A program made the position numbers and the translations under genes. Positions 50,514-55,473 of a stretch of DNA of 55,473 nt are shown here, piece by piece. This stretch comes from an uncultured virus (IMG/VR IMGVR_UViG_3300026522_000616). Taxonomy: Duplodnaviria > Heunggongvirae > Uroviricota > Caudoviricetes. Numbering within the stretch: position 1 is the stretch's first letter; the number at the start of each line of letters is the position of its first letter. The notes under the pieces were generated by a model. That model ran no database searches. It saw only the letters and a program-made list of their open reading frames with translations, and was not told the DNA's origin. The stretch is taken from IMG/VR virus record IMGVR_UViG_3300026522_000616; one strand, given 5' to 3'.

Positions 50514-50909
50514 ATGAAAAGATATACCATCGAGTACTATGTAAAGAAAAATACGAAACATACAAAATGGAAAACATATACAGAACAAGAAAAAGACATT
50601 TTTAGAAAACGCATAATAAAATATCTTATGTATACATCAATGACATATCCCTTCCTTATTTATAAGAAAGATGATATATCTTATTACATTGACATTGATA
50701 TATTATTCGGGATAAATATTTGTAGATATAACATTGTTTCTGAACACAGAACAGATAATAGAATAAGAAAATATAATGGGACGTATGATTATATGAATAA
50801 AAAAATACGTTTTGAAAAAGAAAATGACGCAAAAGATTGCATTGATGGATATAAAAAACTATTCTATCATAAAGTAATTTTACCTATTACACTATATAGC
50901 GGATTATAA
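50514..50909 (+). CDS. hypothetical protein
   Basis: GGGGG RBS. Confidence 0.65.
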   Translation: MKRYTIEYYVKKNTKHTKWKTYTEQEKDIFRKRIIKYLMYTSMTYPFLIYKKDDISYYIDIDILFGINICRYNIVSEHRTDNRIRKYNGTYDYMNKKIRFEKENDAKDCIDGYKKLFYHKVILPITLYSGL

Positions 50910-50948
50910 AAAAGAGACTAGCTATCTAGTCTCTTTTATTTATATGTT

Positions 50949-51227
50949 TTATTTGTGTATATTTATAAAATCTGCTACTGCTTTATTAACCAAATTTTCT
51001 AAAATGGTTTCATTGAATTTATAATTTGAATAAATGCTCGTAACAAATACTGTATTGATATTAACAAATTCACGTATGTTATAAAAATGTTTTGATACAT
51101 CTTTCAACGGTTTTATAACATAGAAAACTTTTTTATCTTTCATATTATAAAACACATCCATATAATCTTCACGCCAAATTTCTTTAGAGGCTTCTAATAC
51201 CTCCTTTATTCCATTTATCATTTTCAA
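50949..51227 (-). CDS. hypothetical protein
   Basis: AGGGTG RBS. Confidence 0.6.
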   Translation of the reverse strand: MKMINGIKEVLEASKEIWREDYMDVFYNMKDKKVFYVIKPLKDVSKHFYNIREFVNINTVFVTSIYSNYKFNETILENLVNKAVADFINIHK

Positions 51228-51467
51228 ATCACCCTTGTTTGAATAGTTTTTTATATAAATGAAATAAAAGCGTATAATTCAAAAATCCTGTTTTTCCTGC
51301 GCATATTAAAAACTACTTCTTTTTTCATAGTGTAAAATGTTTTATGTAAAAAATTAGATAAGACATTTTACATTGTGAAAAAGGCATAAAAAAAATATGC
51401 CTATCTTGCATACACTTTCCATTCATGGATAATGTGTTTTCACATTATCCGTTTACGTTTTATTTAA

Positions 51468-51716
51468 TTATAATTCGCGTAAATACTTTTTAATTTCATT
51501 AAATGCTGGTCGTTCATCTACTCCACTAATGTTAATTACCAATATTTGATTCGGTAAAATACATAAGTCTAAAACACTTAATATACTTTTTGCATTGGCA
51601 GAATTGTTATCATTATAAACCTTAATACTTGCATGATATTTCTGTGCTATCTTTGCTAAACCTCCGCACTCTCTCAAACTCAAACGCTTGTGAGATTGCT
51701 CTATTAAATTAACCAT
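51468..51716 (-). CDS. HPr/Crh-like phosphocarrier homolog lacking His15
   Basis: NAKSILSVL (Ser46 motif), G.DE; LSLR in place of LHAR. Confidence 0.8.
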   Translation of the reverse strand: MVNLIEQSHKRLSLRECGGLAKIAQKYHASIKVYNDNNSANAKSILSVLDLCILPNQILVINISGVDERPAFNEIKKYLREL

Positions 51717-51863
51717 GATTACATCACCTCATTGTTATAATAAAACACATAGAATAAAAATATTCTACGTTGATAGTATAACAAAAAAGAGACTTTTTTG
51801 CAAGTCTCTTTTATAAATCATAACAGTTTTATTATATGTACTATTCTTTTTTATTATATCTAA

Positions 51864-52268
51864 TTATTCAATAGCGATATACTTATCTTCCTGTTTTTCG
51901 TCCTTATTAACAGTAATGGTTAAAATACCATCTTTCAAATTAGCTTTAATATCCTGCTTGTTCATGTTAGGAAGTCTAAAGCTACGTGACACCTTGCTAT
52001 AACTTCTTTCGTGACAAAGATACTTCTTATCATCCTTTGTATCTTCCTTGTGTTCAACTGCAATTGTCAGAACGTCATCCTTAGTTGATACTTTAATATC
52101 ATTCTTGTCAAAACCTGCAACCTCCGCAGTAACAATATATGACTTTTCTGTATCTTCTACGTCACATTTCATATCTTGATGTACTTGTGGAAACTTAAAT
52201 CCATCAAAAAATCCATCATTAAAAATACTATCCATTTCTTTGTTTTCAAAAGGAATTAAACCAAACAT
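51864..52268 (-). CDS. Hsp20 small heat-shock protein
   Basis: DVEDTEKSY..AGFDKNDI..ERSY..RSFRLP..DGILTI. Confidence 0.95.
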   Translation of the reverse strand: MFGLIPFENKEMDSIFNDGFFDGFKFPQVHQDMKCDVEDTEKSYIVTAEVAGFDKNDIKVSTKDDVLTIAVEHKEDTKDDKKYLCHERSYSKVSRSFRLPNMNKQDIKANLKDGILTITVNKDEKQEDKYIAIE

Positions 52269-52500
52269 TATTATTACCTCTTTATATTAAATACTCTTTT
52301 TCCTTTTTCCATTGATTAAATAGTCAAAAAGTCAAACTTTATAACAGGTACTAAAAATTTTTTTGTAAAATGTTTTATGGTAAAAAGTCAATCAACTTAA
52401 AAGCACAAAATCAAGAAAAATTTTTATATAAAAAGTATTGACAATGATTGTGTGATATGGTATTATATAGACAGTTAAGAGATACAGTTCACTAGAGAAA

Positions 52501-52815
52501 ATGGAGGAACACAAAATGATGAATTACGAAAAAGAAAAATATGATATGGGTGTCAAACTTGCACGTAACATGTCGGATGCTCTTAATACGAGCGGTATGA
52601 GCGGGCAGAAACCATTAACGGATGGATTTATTTCCACCTTACAGAAAGACCATCGTTCTTTGCAGTATGATGAGATTATTTTAATGGTAAAAGCCATTGG
52701 CGCGTTTTCTGATTGCGGAACGGATGCAAGGAATGAAAACGCTGTGAAACTTGCTCGTTTCATTAAAAAAGCAGTTGAAGAAAAATACGATTGCCCGATT
52801 GAATATCTGAACTAA
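52501..52815 (+). CDS. hypothetical protein
   Basis: GGAGG RBS (start about 52516). Confidence 0.78.
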   Translation: MEEHKMMNYEKEKYDMGVKLARNMSDALNTSGMSGQKPLTDGFISTLQKDHRSLQYDEIILMVKAIGAFSDCGTDARNENAVKLARFIKKAVEEKYDCPIEYLN

Positions 52816-52892
52816 TCGGGCGGGCGGTCAAAAGACCGTCCTTTTTCTTTTATATAGAATAAAACATTTTACATATAAAACTTTAAGCATGT

Positions 52893-53073
52893 TGACAAAC
52901 TTGTTTGTTTGTGATAGTATATATGTAAAGAAAAACAGATACTTCAAGAACAAAAGAACTTCAAAAAACCATTGACTTTTATGACAATGTGTGATAAGAT
53001 ATATATGTAATCAAGAACAGAGGTTTTAGAAAAGAAAAAAGTTCTTGACAAAAAAAAATTAATATGGTATAAT
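52893..53073 (+). promoter_or_regulatory. three tandem sigma70-type promoters
   Basis: TTGAC(A/T) at about 52893, 52972 and 53045 with -10 boxes. Confidence 0.75.
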
Positions 53074-53079
53074 AAATAT

Positions 53080-53322
53080 ACAAAGAAAAACTTTGAAATT
53101 GTATAACGCAAAAACAAGTGAGTAGGCTTGAACCACCTATTAAGTATGCAAACAGGTTTCTTTACCGATTGTACGCTCACCTCCAATTTGCGACAAAAGG
53201 CAAACTAAGTAATGTAGTAATACGTGAACGGTTACTGTTGCATAAATCACAGGCGTTATCTTACTTATATTTGTTTATCTCTCGCATTTACCGCCACCAT
53301 TTATGGTAGGCGGTTTTTGCGT
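53080..53322 (+). ncRNA. putative ~240 nt sRNA
   Basis: ACGCAAAAAC/GTTTTTGCGT end pairing, anti-SD CTCACCTCC, terminal GC hairpin. Confidence 0.55.
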
Positions 53323-53529
53323 CCTATTAATTATTTTATAATAAAAAAGTTATTGATAAAATAAGTAATATCTGTTATACTATATATAGTTAAACGAGAT
53401 AAGTTTTAGGAGGTAATTAAAATAAAGGTTTGGGTTGTAACGTTTTTCAGTTCTGATGAGTAATGTAATTAAAAGCAAGGGAACAAAATCCCTTGCTTTT
53501 TTGTTAGTTATCCTTTATAATTAAGTAAG

Positions 53530-54411
53530 GTGATAATTATGCGAAGAAGTTTTAGACCTACATTTATATATACAGATGATTTGTATAATACGAATAAACA
53601 TATTATTGTAGGTATGGATTTGTCTTGCGGTCATTGTGCAGAGCATGAAAGAGGTATACAATGTTTACAAAATTTATATCATTTAACGCCATTTATGTTT
53701 CATAATAAGCCTTATGTTTTACAATCATATGAAAAAACAAATTTTTATAATAAAAAAAATAGGTTGTTATATAAACCTATTTTTGGATTTGATAGTAGAC
53801 AAATTCATTATGTTAGTAATCAAATGCAAATATGGAAACGAAAACAATATAATATGACATTTTACTATATGATTGGTGCAGATGAATATATATATAATTA
53901 TTATGATACTAATATAAATAAGTTTCCTAGAGAATTATTTTTATCGCAAAGTTTATATAAAAAACGTTATCCTGAATTGGCTACTGCATGGAGTAATTGC
54001 GACTTTGGGATTATGGGAACAAAAGAATATTTGCAAAGTATAGTTGATATATATACATCGTTCAAACAAAAAGATATTGTTATATGTTATGGATATACAA
54101 ATAATAAAGTAAAATATGATGGATTAGTTTTTTTTATACGTTCAATGTTATCTAAATCAATGGAACAAAAACAAAAAGAATTAGATGAAATAAATTATGA
54201 ATTGCATATAAAAACAGAGGATTTGAATATACGAGAAATTTTAGACAATATAGGTATTAAATATAGTAATAATATAAATGCTATATACGCAGATGATGAA
54301 CATACAAAAATACTATGGTCAATACAGATAAACAATTATTCTTTGTTGTATTCGTATGAACAATTAAAAGAAATGGAGTATATACATGGAAGCTATAACA
54401 ATAAACAATAG
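53530..54411 (+). CDS. hypothetical protein
   Basis: AAGGTG RBS; HCAEHE motif. Confidence 0.75.
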   Translation: MIIMRRSFRPTFIYTDDLYNTNKHIIVGMDLSCGHCAEHERGIQCLQNLYHLTPFMFHNKPYVLQSYEKTNFYNKKNRLLYKPIFGFDSRQIHYVSNQMQIWKRKQYNMTFYYMIGADEYIYNYYDTNINKFPRELFLSQSLYKKRYPELATAWSNCDFGIMGTKEYLQSIVDIYTSFKQKDIVICYGYTNNKVKYDGLVFFIRSMLSKSMEQKQKELDEINYELHIKTEDLNIREILDNIGIKYSNNINAIYADDEHTKILWSIQINNYSLLYSYEQLKEMEYIHGSYNNKQ

Positions 54412-54865
54412 TGCTTTAGAAGATAATATTATATCTGAAAAACATATATCTAAAGTAAAGCGTATACAAAAAGAATATTATTTTTCAGAAGTATATATAA
54501 ATCGTTATCAGATAGTTATCAATATTCGTGGTACGAAATATTTTGTATGGTTTACTGAACAATTTAGACAATATCCTCATACATTTTTGCAATCCATGGA
54601 TAGTTTTTATACAATTCGTATATTTAGAAGAAAACAAAATAGAGAACGTAAAGACAGAGATTGGTTTTGGTATAAAAAATATGGTAATCGTAATTTTGAT
54701 ATAAATAGTTTTTGTCAAGATATATTTCCTAGATTTACAAGTTCTAGGATAAATTTTTCACCCATAGATTTATTTGAAATATTCTATTTGTATATTCCAA
54801 ATTGGTATAAAAATAGTTTTATTACTTGTCATAACAAAGCAAGAAGATTGTTTTTTGGATTGTAA
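54386..54865 (+). CDS. hypothetical protein
   Basis: GGAG RBS. Confidence 0.65.
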   Translation: MEAITINNSALEDNIISEKHISKVKRIQKEYYFSEVYINRYQIVINIRGTKYFVWFTEQFRQYPHTFLQSMDSFYTIRIFRRKQNRERKDRDWFWYKKYGNRNFDINSFCQDIFPRFTSSRINFSPIDLFEIFYLYIPNWYKNSFITCHNKARRLFFGL

Positions 54866-54994
54866 AATGTTTTGTGAAACGTTTCTGTATCATGGTTTAT
54901 AAAAAATTTTTTGATTTACTATTGACTTCTTGTTCTACCTATGCTATACTATATACAGAGTTAAGGTTCAGAGACCAATAGACAGGAGGATATA

Positions 54995-55270
54995 ATGATG
55001 AACATCAGGAATGGAGATTATGTCACGTTGAAATCCATCGAGGAGGTAAAACCTCTCTATAAGTTTTGGGATGTGGCGAATGATGGAAATGTAACTACGG
55101 ATACAGATTATTTCTCAACTAATATGTTAGACGCAATGGGGACTTCTAATAAGTATAAAGTATTAGAAGCAAATCAAGATGGTGTTTGGGTTGACATAAA
55201 AGGAAAAATGTGGGGCTTTGACGAAATGTGTATTAAAGACGTATATAGATTAACAAAAGTAAATAAATAA
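54995..55270 (+). CDS. hypothetical protein
   Basis: AGGAGG RBS; paralog follows. Confidence 0.8.
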   Translation: MMNIRNGDYVTLKSIEEVKPLYKFWDVANDGNVTTDTDYFSTNMLDAMGTSNKYKVLEANQDGVWVDIKGKMWGFDEMCIKDVYRLTKVNK

Positions 55271-55282
55271 GGAGGTATTACA

Positions 55283-55447
55283 ATGAAAGTTAATGTAGGT
55301 GATTATGTAACACTTAAATCAATCAATAAAGTAGTGAGAGCTAAAGAAAATAGCTTTTTACTGACACTTACTCTTTTAGTAGATACTGAATTTTGGTTTG
55401 ACAATAAATGCATTAAAGATGTGTATAAGGTAACAAAAATAAGCTAA
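55283..55447 (+). CDS. shorter paralog of previous gene (54 aa)
   Basis: GDYVTLKSI..FD..CIKDVY shared; AGGAGG RBS. Confidence 0.7.
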   Translation: MKVNVGDYVTLKSINKVVRAKENSFLLTLTLLVDTEFWFDNKCIKDVYKVTKIS

Positions 55448-55473
55448 TTGCAGACAGGAGGTCTAAAGATGAA

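Larger units (their letters stand above)
39525..54875. repeat. dispersed ATAAAACATTTTACA(A) box, about 24 copies, essentially all intergenic
   Basis: Copies counted by eye; coordinates in findings. Confidence 0.9.

Noticed and set aside
53195..53240. c-di-GMP-I riboswitch (GGCAAAC...)
   Set aside because: Lacks the downstream GACGCAAAG and P1 elements

Overview
AT-rich segment of a large lytic dsDNA (probably jumbo) phage of an anaerobic Firmicute. A Negativicutes-like host is inferred, unverified, from the amidase and the split NrdD. Standard genetic code. 0-14 kb: an RNA-rich region with a PNK-like kinase, an HUH rolling-circle Rep-like gene, 15 tRNAs (including rare Ile-TAT and Asn-ATT), three tRNA-abutting HDV-like (theta) ribozymes and four copies of a covarying CAGCAA stem RNA motif. 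It also holds a tRNA-like RNA, several promoter-to-terminator sRNAs, orphan TnpB/IscB omega-RNA remnants, and a stand-alone TnpB followed by a large ornate ncRNA. 14-39 kb: small hypothetical genes, acidic proteins sharing an MKRL(I/V)xA leader, and a class III ribonucleotide reductase broken by 5 group I introns, an intein and a gene split. Also an IscB-end cassette carrying vapD, a fibre-like protein, an amidase and a deaminase. 39.3-55.5 kb: an early-type region of promoter-gene-terminator modules (FNT channel, GNAT, RNA ligase, HPr-like, Hsp20), with about 24 copies of a 15-16 bp quasi-palindromic box that I did not see elsewhere. All calls were made by eye; no searches were run.
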